Source of the DNA: a bacterium | GTDB taxonomy: Bacteria > Patescibacteriota > Patescibacteriia > Patescibacteriales > GWC2-42-12 | NCBI GenBank assembly: GCA_030650415.1 | Contig: JAUSEG010000025.1 | Location: forward strand, 11,916-75,915 | Length of the DNA: 64,000 nt | Reading direction: 5' to 3' | Shown here: in pieces, positions 9,179 through 17,086 of the stretch | Layout: each line of letters starts with the position of its first letter | Numbering within the stretch: the stretch's first letter is position 1 | Translations under genes and position numbers: made by a program | The notes under the pieces: model-generated | Databases searched by the model: none | What the model saw: only the letters and a program-made list of their open reading frames with translations | Told to the model about the DNA's origin: nothing

Positions 9179-9458
9179 ACTTATTGAAATATAATTGAAA
9201 GTAATTTTTTATTTCCGGACGATAATTCTGCCGGCCGAATTTATCAGGCCTAGATTTTTCCTGAAAAATTTTCGCGGTCTTTTTTAGACCCAAAATTTTA
9301 ATCATTTCCTGCACATCATCCCAGTCGCCATAATTTAAAACATGCTCGACGATTGAGGCTTCGGAAAGCTTATCCAAATTTTTAACATACCAGATTAAAT
9401 ATGGTCTTTCCTTTATAAATTGATGAATAGTCATAGAATAATTATAGCACAAATTCAT
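9171..9458 (-). CDS. Small protein upstream of and overlapping the AbiEii-like gene; candidate cognate antitoxin
   Basis: 95-aa ORF whose stop overlaps the toxin start by 8 nt (9171-9178). I recognise no domain. A TATAAT box lies ~15 nt upstream of the ATG. Confidence 0.45.
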   Translation of the reverse strand: MNLCYNYSMTIHQFIKERPYLIWYVKNLDKLSEASIVEHVLNYGDWDDVQEMIKILGLKKTAKIFQEKSRPDKFGRQNYRPEIKNYFQLYFNKYA

Positions 9459-9479
9459 GATTAAAACAACCGCATTATA

Positions 9480-9512
9480 CCCCCTTTAACAAAGGGGGCT
9501 TGGGGGATTTAG
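9480..9512. repeat. Family F hairpin
   Basis: ACCCCCTTTAACAAAGGGGGCTTGGGGGATTTAG. On the minus strand the stem abuts a TATAAT box. Confidence 0.85.
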
Positions 9513-9538
9513 GGCTAATTACAAATGGAAATTATCCC

Positions 9539-9811
9539 TTACTTCTTCCCGGCCCAATATTTATCCGCTTCATCCTCCATCTTGGTCAGCCGGGTATAAT
9601 AATCGCCGAACTCATTTAGATGAGCCCAGGCGATTTTTCCGGTCATGGCCAAATCGTCGTTGGTTACGTTGGTTCTGGAGTCAACCAAACCATGCTCCAA
9701 TTCCACATGCAAGCCTTGCGCGAACTCTTCAATCTTAGTTTCCTCCCAATTAATGCCGATTTCATCCCCGATTTTTTTCGCTTCTTCAATTGTAAAAAAT
9801 TTTTTTGACAT
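9539..9811 (-). CDS. Small conserved protein with an HVELEHG motif (possibly DUF5661-like)
   Basis: 90-aa ORF. The family assignment is from memory of the motif only. Confidence 0.4.
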   Translation of the reverse strand: MSKKFFTIEEAKKIGDEIGINWEETKIEEFAQGLHVELEHGLVDSRTNVTNDDLAMTGKIAWAHLNEFGDYYTRLTKMEDEADKYWAGKK

Positions 9812-9818
9812 ACTTTTA

Positions 9819-10466
9819 TTAGTTTAATCCTTTAATTAAATTATTATTATATTCATCGATGCCGCTTCGACCACTGAATTTTATGGCCAAGGCATAATCT
9901 TTAACTCTATTTAAACTATTGGCTTGCGTCTCGGTCAAAGGTTTTACAAACTTTTTATACAAGGTTCTTATTAAATAATCCAGTTCAGATTCATTAAGCT
10001 TTAAGTCGGTATAATTATCAAGTGTGTTTTGATTTTCTATACTAATTGTAGTATTTGTTATACCTTCGGCGTTATCCTTTTCCGGATCTCTTTGAATTTC
10101 AACATACCCGCCAACGTCGGTCTGGCCAGGGGTAATCGGCGCGAAATGTCCGACTTTTTCTTCAGTTTGAAAAATCATTATTTTTTTATCATTACCATTA
10201 TTAAATACCGCTTTAAATCTTCCAGCATTAAATATTTTTGGACTATCCGGCAATCTTTTCTTACTCTGTTCTATACCATCGGTTGTATGTTCAACCGATG
10301 TAATTTCACTATTATATAATTCATCAATATAGATTTTTACTTCCGGCCTGATTTTTGATAAATCGACAGTAGCCAGAGAGGCATTATTTTCAGTCTTTAA
10401 ATTGACGCAACCGGCTAATAAAAATATCATTACCAGCGCCGGCGCGAAAAACAGCATTTTTTTCAT
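9819..10466 (-). CDS. Lipoprotein of unknown function
   Basis: Signal peptide with lipobox (FLLAGC). The ORF is 215 aa. Confidence 0.6.
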   Translation of the reverse strand: MKKMLFFAPALVMIFLLAGCVNLKTENNASLATVDLSKIRPEVKIYIDELYNSEITSVEHTTDGIEQSKKRLPDSPKIFNAGRFKAVFNNGNDKKIMIFQTEEKVGHFAPITPGQTDVGGYVEIQRDPEKDNAEGITNTTISIENQNTLDNYTDLKLNESELDYLIRTLYKKFVKPLTETQANSLNRVKDYALAIKFSGRSGIDEYNNNLIKGLN

Positions 10467-10532
10467 AGTTTTTTATTAAAAATTATATTAGGCTTTATTC
10501 ATAATTCATGATTCATAATTCTTAATTCAAAT

Positions 10533-11537
10533 TTACCACTTTCCCGCCAACTGCCCGCAGGCCGCGTTAATATCCTGGCCAAACCGATAGCGCTCGGTCA
10601 CGTCGATTTTCTGGTCTCGCAAAGTTTTTTTAAAATCAAAAATTTTCTTGGTTGACGACGGCTGAAAATCGGCCGTTGGGTTATAGGCAATTAAATTCAC
10701 AAAAAATAACGGCGGATCAATTTTTCTTAATAAGGCGGCGAGCTCTAAAGCCTGCTCTTTATCATCGTTAAAACCGTCAATCATTAAATATTCTATCATC
10801 ACTCGCCGGCCGGTCTGTACTAAATAATTATTTAATTCTTCCATGACCGCGTCCAGCGGATATTTTTTATTGGCCGGTATAAGTTTAGCGCGCAAATCGT
10901 CGGAAGGAGCATGCAAAGATAGGGCCAGATTAATTTGCCTGGGTTCTTTAGCCAGTTTTATCAAGCCGCTGACTACGCCGATGGTGGAGATGGAAATATG
11001 GCGCGCGCCGATATTCAGGCCGTCTTTATCATTTAAAGCCTTAATCGCTCCTAAGACACTCTCATAATTCAAAAACGGCTCGCCCATGCCCATAAATACA
11101 ATATTGGTTACTCGGCCTTCTTGCTTTTTTAAGAGCCGAGCAAAATACAAAACCTGTTCAACAATTTCGTTAACAGTCAGATTTCTCTTAAAACCCATTT
11201 TTCCGGTCGCGCAAAATAAGCAGCCCAAAGGGCAGCCAACCTGCGAAGAAACGCAAATCGTATTTCGACCGTCGGCATGATTTAATAGAACGGTTTCTAT
11301 TTTTAAACCGTCGTCTAACCGAATTAAAGCTTTAACCGAATCGGCTCTCTGGCTTTTTAAAACTTCCGCTTCAATTTCCAGGGGGCAGTCATCGTTTAAT
11401 CTTTGGCGAATTTCTAAAGGAAAATTTGTGGCTTGCTCCCAATCGCTTATTAAATCAATAAAAACCGCCTGCTTGGCCTGTTTCAGCCTAAACTTCGGTT
11501 CATTATGCAAAACATTTTCCAATCTTTCTAAATTCAT
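10533..11537 (-). CDS. rlmN: 23S rRNA/tRNA m2A methyltransferase RlmN (radical SAM)
   Basis: Radical SAM motif CPLGCLFCATG, plus GMGEP and a C-terminal Cys (NAACGQL). Confidence 0.9.
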   Translation of the reverse strand: MNLERLENVLHNEPKFRLKQAKQAVFIDLISDWEQATNFPLEIRQRLNDDCPLEIEAEVLKSQRADSVKALIRLDDGLKIETVLLNHADGRNTICVSSQVGCPLGCLFCATGKMGFKRNLTVNEIVEQVLYFARLLKKQEGRVTNIVFMGMGEPFLNYESVLGAIKALNDKDGLNIGARHISISTIGVVSGLIKLAKEPRQINLALSLHAPSDDLRAKLIPANKKYPLDAVMEELNNYLVQTGRRVMIEYLMIDGFNDDKEQALELAALLRKIDPPLFFVNLIAYNPTADFQPSSTKKIFDFKKTLRDQKIDVTERYRFGQDINAACGQLAGKW

Positions 11538-11560
11538 AAATTTTTTAGAAATAAATTTTG

Positions 11561-11729
11561 TATTTTAATGTTTAATTGTAGCGCGAGCATAGAAAAATTT
11601 AGGATTTGCTGGAGCTTAAAATTTCTTTACAAACATTTCTTTCTCTTTTTACCATAGAAATTTTGTTGGAAATTTTAAGCTCCAGCCCTAAATTTTTCGT
11701 GGCGAGCGATATAATCAAACATTAAAATA
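11561..11729 (+). repeat. Family X long hairpin (divergent member)
   Basis: Arms are TATTTTAATGTTTAATTGTA / TATAATCAAACATTAAAATA. Loop motifs are GCGCGAGCATAG and CGTGGCGAGCGA. The inner stem is ~30 bp (AAAAATTTAGG.TTTGCTGGAGCTTAAAATTTC). Confidence 0.6.
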
Positions 11730-11754
11730 CTGGCCTTAAATTCAGCCCAGCTTT

Positions 11755-12660
11755 TTACGGCTGCAAAATATCTTCGGTTCGGCCATTTATAGATATAATA
11801 ACATTCTTAACCGTGGGAAATTGCTTTAAAGTTTCGGTTATTTGCGCGCGTATGGCTGAAACTCGGCATGAGCCTCCCATGTTTCTTTCTAAAGTTTCAT
11901 CAAAATCAACCTTAGCGGTTCCATCGGTAATAGTCAATTTTTGTATTTTCACGTTTGGATTGATACTGGTATAAAAACCTTGAGCCAAATCTGCCTGACT
12001 CGGGCCTTTTAATAATTCTTCGAGCGCGGCCCTGGCTATCGCCGCAGTTCTAACTACCTGCCGTTTAACCGGGAAGGCCTTTTCACAGGTTATGGCTTTA
12101 TCTAAATTATTGTTGCTGAAAAAGGCTTTAACCAACAGCGTCTGATTGGGGCTGATTAAAACCGAAATCTCTCTTTTTTTGTCATATTGGGGCAAGCCTG
12201 AAGGGTTATCATTTTTTAAAATTAGCTTGCCGGTAGTAGTCGCTTCAATCTGATAACTTATTTCTCCGATAAACGGCACAAAATTTTCAGTCATCCAATC
12301 GCTTTGCGCCTGCGCATAGCTCTGACCTAAGACCCTTCCCTGATCATCAACTAATTCAATCGGAAAACTTGCCTCAAAAAACCAACTGCCCCTGGCTTGA
12401 CCGATTACGGTTAAAGGGCTTTTAACCGTCTGGTTAGGTTGCGGCATTATTACCATCACTTCGTCCGGCTTCCGCTCGCCGCCTGCCTGTCCGGTAGGCA
12501 GGCAAACCGTCGTCGGCTTAGCCGCGCTCGGATTACCATGCTTAACCCATTGGCCATTTTGGCAAAGCCAAGCATCTTCATCGCTGCTAAAGAATCTAAT
12601 GCCAAGCGCTATAACCATTAAAACCAAAGCGACTGAACCAGCAATTTTTAATGTTTTCAT
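11755..12660 (-). CDS. Membrane-anchored Gmad2 Ig-like plus GerMN domain protein
   Basis: N-terminal TM helix. A Gmad2-like segment (SPLTVIGQARGSWFFEASFPIELVD) is followed by a GerMN-like segment (AALEELLKGPSQADLAQGFYTSI). Confidence 0.65.
   Translation of the reverse strand: MKTLKIAGSVALVLMVIALGIRFFSSDEDAWLCQNGQWVKHGNPSAAKPTTVCLPTGQAGGERKPDEVMVIMPQPNQTVKSPLTVIGQARGSWFFEASFPIELVDDQGRVLGQSYAQAQSDWMTENFVPFIGEISYQIEATTTGKLILKNDNPSGLPQYDKKREISVLISPNQTLLVKAFFSNNNLDKAITCEKAFPVKRQVVRTAAIARAALEELLKGPSQADLAQGFYTSINPNVKIQKLTITDGTAKVDFDETLERNMGGSCRVSAIRAQITETLKQFPTVKNVIISINGRTEDILQP
12481..12503. repeat. GC hairpin inside a CDS (GCCTGCCTGTCCGGTAGGCAGGC)
   Basis: 7-bp perfect stem (9 bp with one mismatch). 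It is translated as LPTGQAG in the linker of the Gmad2/GerMN protein. Confidence 0.7.
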
Positions 12661-12677
12661 ATTTTTAAAATTATTAA

Positions 12678-13964
12678 TTAATTTGACTTATCAGGCTGAT
12701 TAGGGACTGGCTGATCCTTCTTAAACATCTGCGTTATAATTCTAAAAATCAAAATCGAAAAAGTCAGCCAGAATAAGCCCAGAGCGAACCCTGCCATGAC
12801 ATCGCTAAACCAGTGAACTTTTAAATAAATTCTGGAAAAACCAACCAACAAAATTAAAAATATATTGCCGGCGATAAATAAATATTTCAACCATCTATTA
12901 TAAATTTTTTCAGTAAAAATAAATAAAACTAAAGAAAAAAAGATTAAGGCCATTAAAGAGTGCTGGCTGGGAAAGCTTAAGCCTGTTTCCATAACTAGGC
13001 CGGCTTCAGGCCGTGGCCGATTAATCAGCCACTTGGCTATAGTCCCAAGAACTAAGCCGCCGGCGCCGCTCATAAATATCAACCCGGCCTGATATTTCTG
13101 CCGCTTGATAAAAAAATAGACGGCAATAACCATTACGGCCGCCAACAAAATTTCCGGGCTGAAGACGGTTGAAATAAGAATCATTGTTTTATCCAACCAG
13201 GGCTGATAAAGCGAGTGGATGTTCTGGCTAAGCCAAAGGTCAAATCTATAGGTTGACTCCTTGTCAAAATAATCCTCAACCATTTTAGAAAAAATATAGA
13301 TTGAAAAAACGTTTAAGGTCAAATAATAAACATGATATTTGGCAAAAATCTGCCGGCGCTTATTAAGCAGGCGGTAGCCCAGCAGCGCCAAAATAATGGC
13401 GATTAGGGCCGCGATGATAAACCGGCCAAAATATTTTGAGGCAGTTTCAAATCCTTGGCCGAAAATATAACCGACTAAGACCGCCGAGACTGCCCAGACT
13501 ATGCCGCCACTCACGGCAAAAAAAATAAACCGGGGAAATTTAACTTTGGAAATACCGGCGATAAAAGCGGCCACCGCCCTGGTAAACGGACTGAAGCGTC
13601 CGATAACCAAAGTTTTGCCCGCGTTCTCCTCTACCAATTTCTTGGTTTTCTCAAACCTTTCATGATTAAGAAAAAAATGCTTTCCGTAATGAGCGATAAA
13701 ATCATGGCCATATTTTCGGCCGATAACATAAGCCAATAAATCGCCGACAATGGCGCCTGAAGCCGCCACGATAATTACCGCGTCCAGCCGCAACACGCCA
13801 AGCCAGGCTAAGAATCCGCCAAAAATAACTATCGTCTGACCGGGTATAAATGTCCCCAGCACCGGCAAGGTCTCAACTACAGCCGAAAGAAACAAAATCA
13901 AATACCCCCAATGATCAATCAGGGGCAAGGGTAAATTTAATAAAAAATCATTTAATGTCGACAT
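12678..13964 (-). CDS. DedA-family membrane protein fused to a PAP2 phosphatase
   Basis: The N-terminal half is DedA/SNARE-associated-like. The C-terminal half has PAP2 motifs (KWLINRPRP, PSQHS, SRIYLKVHWFSDV). Confidence 0.75.
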   Translation of the reverse strand: MSTLNDFLLNLPLPLIDHWGYLILFLSAVVETLPVLGTFIPGQTIVIFGGFLAWLGVLRLDAVIIVAASGAIVGDLLAYVIGRKYGHDFIAHYGKHFFLNHERFEKTKKLVEENAGKTLVIGRFSPFTRAVAAFIAGISKVKFPRFIFFAVSGGIVWAVSAVLVGYIFGQGFETASKYFGRFIIAALIAIILALLGYRLLNKRRQIFAKYHVYYLTLNVFSIYIFSKMVEDYFDKESTYRFDLWLSQNIHSLYQPWLDKTMILISTVFSPEILLAAVMVIAVYFFIKRQKYQAGLIFMSGAGGLVLGTIAKWLINRPRPEAGLVMETGLSFPSQHSLMALIFFSLVLFIFTEKIYNRWLKYLFIAGNIFLILLVGFSRIYLKVHWFSDVMAGFALGLFWLTFSILIFRIITQMFKKDQPVPNQPDKSN

Positions 13965-14070
13965 GAAAAATTAAATTATCGTGACTTAATTATAACATTA
14001 TTAGCTCAAATTTTACAATTACTAAAATATTGACAAAAAACAACAAATCGGACTAATATTTAATATTGCG

Positions 14071-14499
14071 GTGAATGCCGCAATGAAAAACAAATCTACC
14101 TCCGCTGAACAAAGGGGGCGAAACAAAACAAAAAGAATGAAAACGAAAACACAACGGATGCACCAAAATTCGATTGAGCAATTTGCCCAAAGAAGGCAGA
14201 AAACTGAGGATTATGATCGAGAATCAATGCTAGCCGCTCTCAACCACTCATGTTGCCGCAAACTCAATGCTTTGAGCATCGGCTGTTCACCCGATTACAG
14301 CAAGTTTGTTGCCACTCGCAAGGCGCGCAAAAAGGCGACATTTCAAGCCAAACTGGCATCAATGACCGAGTTTGATCCGACAATCGCCTCGGGCACACCG
14401 CAGCGAACCAACCGGTTAAAGCCGAAAAGCAAAACAGCGGCCAAAACCAAACCGGCTTCTCGGCGCAAAACCAGTGTCCGTCTGGGCAGTCTGGACTAG
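14071..14499 (+). CDS. Hypothetical basic protein (GC-rich island)
   Basis: 142-aa ORF, Lys/Arg-rich. It is preceded by TTGACA-17-CTAATA (14031-14059) and followed by the terminator at 14539-14571. I recognise no domain, and the start may be the ATG at 14083. Confidence 0.45.
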   Translation: MNAAMKNKSTSAEQRGRNKTKRMKTKTQRMHQNSIEQFAQRRQKTEDYDRESMLAALNHSCCRKLNALSIGCSPDYSKFVATRKARKKATFQAKLASMTEFDPTIASGTPQRTNRLKPKSKTAAKTKPASRRKTSVRLGSLD

Positions 14500-14538
14500 G
14501 TCTCTCGACCGCCGGCCTCGCTCTTTTTTAAACAACCA

Positions 14539-14571
14539 ACCCGCTTCTCGCAAAGAGGCGGGTCTTTTTTT
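14539..14571 (+). terminator. Rho-independent terminator
   Basis: Hairpin ACCCGC-ttctcgcaaagag-GCGGGT followed by a T8 run. Confidence 0.7.
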
Positions 14572-14610
14572 ATTTATATTATAGACAGTCGGCTAAAATT
14601 ATTAAACCAA

Positions 14611-15297
14611 CTAATCAACCTGGATAAGCTTCACCTCATCGCCAGTAATAGTGATAAAAGCCGACGGTCTTTCCACCCAGGAACCGGTATTAAAATATTT
14701 AATGCCGCCATTTTCCGCCGTGTTGATGATATGAGTATGCCCGCAAAAAACATAATCGGCCTTCATGAACCGGCCTAACCGCAAGGCGCCCCTGGCTACT
14801 TCGAAAGAGTTTCTTTTCCAAATCTGGCTGCGTTTTTTTATTTGTCTAACAATAAAATTTTCCGGATTAAAACGTTTTAACCAATCGTAAAAGAAAAACG
14901 CCAAACGGCTAATAATTATATTGTCATGCAAAAATCGATCAAACTGATGCCCATGAATAGCCAAAAACTTTTTATCGGCCGATGGCCAAACATATCTATT
15001 ACGCACTTTTATGCCAAGTAAGCGCGAGAGAATATTGGGGGTCGCGTCATGGTTGCCATGAATCCAAACCACTTCACAATGTTTTGACAATCTTCTTAAT
15101 CTGGAGAGAATCTCCCAGTGCTCGGCATGCAGACGATTAAAAGGCAAACCGTTTAAAATATCGCCGTTCAAAATTAATCTTTTATAACTGTAATCATTCA
15201 AAACTTTAAGAACTTCATGGCAACGAGTTGTTCTGTCGCCTAAATGAATATCGGAAATAACCAAAGTATCAATGTTTATTTTTTGCGGTTGAATCAT
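14611..15297 (-). CDS. Calcineurin-like metallophosphoesterase (LpxH-like family)
   Basis: Metallophosphoesterase motifs DIHLGD, GDILNG, GNHD, HGH and GHTH. Confidence 0.75.
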   Translation of the reverse strand: MIQPQKINIDTLVISDIHLGDRTTRCHEVLKVLNDYSYKRLILNGDILNGLPFNRLHAEHWEILSRLRRLSKHCEVVWIHGNHDATPNILSRLLGIKVRNRYVWPSADKKFLAIHGHQFDRFLHDNIIISRLAFFFYDWLKRFNPENFIVRQIKKRSQIWKRNSFEVARGALRLGRFMKADYVFCGHTHIINTAENGGIKYFNTGSWVERPSAFITITGDEVKLIQVD

Positions 15298-15372
15298 ACA
15301 TAAAGATTATAACAAAGGATTAAATTTTACAACAGAACCTACACCATCAAAAGGTGCTATAATTATATATAT

Positions 15373-16053
15373 ATGAATAGTTTCTTCTCAAAAAAGAATT
15401 TGTTAATTGCGATTTTTTCCGTTTTAATAATCGGCTTATTCTTATTCGTCTCAATATATTTTCAGCCCAAACGGGATATAATAATTCAGCCGCCAACTGC
15501 GGACAAAACTATTAATGCCGGTTCATCATCGCCCGATATCGCCACCAACTCGCCAAGACTGACCGAGCCATTAATTTCCGCCCCTAACCGAGTTACCAAA
15601 AAACCCTTTGGCATTTATATCACGCCACAGACTTCTCCGGTTAGTCCGGAAAAATTCACCGGCTATCATACGGGCGTGGATTTTGAAATCTTGCCGGGCG
15701 AAGAGAATAAAGAGGTAACCGTCTCGGCCATTTGCGCGGGCAGACTGCTCTTAAAAAAATCCGCCTCCGGCTACGGCGGCGTAATAATCGAGTCCTGCGA
15801 ATTAGACGGCCAAGAGGTTACAATCATCTATGGCCACCTTAAACTTTCCAGCATCGCTCTTAAAGTCGGGCAGACTGTAGCGGCTGGAGAAACCATCGGT
15901 ATTTTAGGCCGGGGCTATTCCAGCGAAACCGGCGGCGAAAGAAAGCATCTGCACCTAGGAATTCATCGGGGCGCGTCTACAAACCTTTTAGGATATGCGC
16001 AAGACAAAAACCTTCTAGGCAACTGGTTTAATATCTTGGATTATTTAAGATAA
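15373..16053 (+). CDS. M23 family metallopeptidase
   Basis: N-terminal TM helix, with HTGVDF and HLHLGIH motifs. Confidence 0.8.
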   Translation: MNSFFSKKNLLIAIFSVLIIGLFLFVSIYFQPKRDIIIQPPTADKTINAGSSSPDIATNSPRLTEPLISAPNRVTKKPFGIYITPQTSPVSPEKFTGYHTGVDFEILPGEENKEVTVSAICAGRLLLKKSASGYGGVIIESCELDGQEVTIIYGHLKLSSIALKVGQTVAAGETIGILGRGYSSETGGERKHLHLGIHRGASTNLLGYAQDKNLLGNWFNILDYLR

Positions 16054-16093
16054 AGTGAAAAACCAAAATCTTTGACCGGCGTCAATCTTCGGT

Positions 16094-17035
16094 TTACTTA
16101 ATTTTACAAATCTTTTTAAGCGCCGCTAGATCATCGGCCGTTATTTTTTCATTCCCGCTCTCATTAAGGCGATACATAATCGCTTGGGGATTATCTAAAT
16201 GATCAATCCCTAAAGCATGCCCTAACTCGTGAGCCAAAACTCTGATTAAAGCCTCGCGATCGTCGAATTGATAGATATCTATTCTCTCGCCGGCTGCGTC
16301 TCGGACATATTGACCCTCCTGAAATTCGCCCGAACTTTTTTCCCCGACGGTATTGTAATTGCCAACATTTAAATTTAAATCGCGAATTAATCTATTTATA
16401 ACGCTGGCCACGGCGTTAACATCTTCAACCGTCTGATTAAGCGCCGCTTGTTTTACTTTAATCGATTCCACTAAACTATTTAAAGCTTTTCTTTCCTGCT
16501 CTAAAATGGCGTACTCTTCCTGATTTACTCCGCCTCGGTTGTTGGCCGCCTTAACTTCCGCTTCGTAGTTGGCTTTTTGCTCTTCGTAATATTCAACCGT
16601 ATCATCAAACTCCTTTTTCTGCGTGTTATAAATTTTTTCAAATCCATCATATTTAATTTTTAAACTTTCATAGCCGGCTTTATCATTATGAATGCTAATG
16701 CCCAGCGATTTTAGTTTATCCGTGGCTTCTTGGCGCGAATCATAAATTAAATTAATTTTTAAAGCTCCGCCGGCCGAATAATTAAATAATTTTTTATCTG
16801 CCGGCTCTTGCCAGATTTGCGCCGCCTGGTCTACCGCCTTTAAAAAATCTTCGCGGCTTAAGCCGAATTTAGGATTAAACTCTCCCAAAGAATATTCAAT
16901 CGGCTTGGCGCAGGGGTTAATTATTTCAATTAAATTATTTTCGGCCAGTTTTATATCATCTTCAAAATAAAAAACCAAGCCGCTAATTAGCGCCAAGGCA
17001 ATTACAATCTGAATAACTTTATAAAACTTTTTCAT
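16094..17035 (-). CDS. Matrixin-like (M10) zinc metalloprotease with a coiled-coil insert
   Basis: HELGHALGIDH zinc-binding motif followed by a Met-turn (AIMY). An N-terminal TM helix is present. Confidence 0.75.
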   Translation of the reverse strand: MKKFYKVIQIVIALALISGLVFYFEDDIKLAENNLIEIINPCAKPIEYSLGEFNPKFGLSREDFLKAVDQAAQIWQEPADKKLFNYSAGGALKINLIYDSRQEATDKLKSLGISIHNDKAGYESLKIKYDGFEKIYNTQKKEFDDTVEYYEEQKANYEAEVKAANNRGGVNQEEYAILEQERKALNSLVESIKVKQAALNQTVEDVNAVASVINRLIRDLNLNVGNYNTVGEKSSGEFQEGQYVRDAAGERIDIYQFDDREALIRVLAHELGHALGIDHLDNPQAIMYRLNESGNEKITADDLAALKKICKIK

Positions 17036-17086
17036 AACCTGCCTCCTCTTTAGCTTAAGTATAATCCACGGGTATAAATATGAGCC

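Noticed and set aside
14611-15297. LpxH, and hence lipid A synthesis supporting a true outer membrane
   Set aside because: The protein has the generic calcineurin-like metallophosphoesterase motifs shared by many families. No lpx neighbours are present, so the LpxH resemblance is at family level only.
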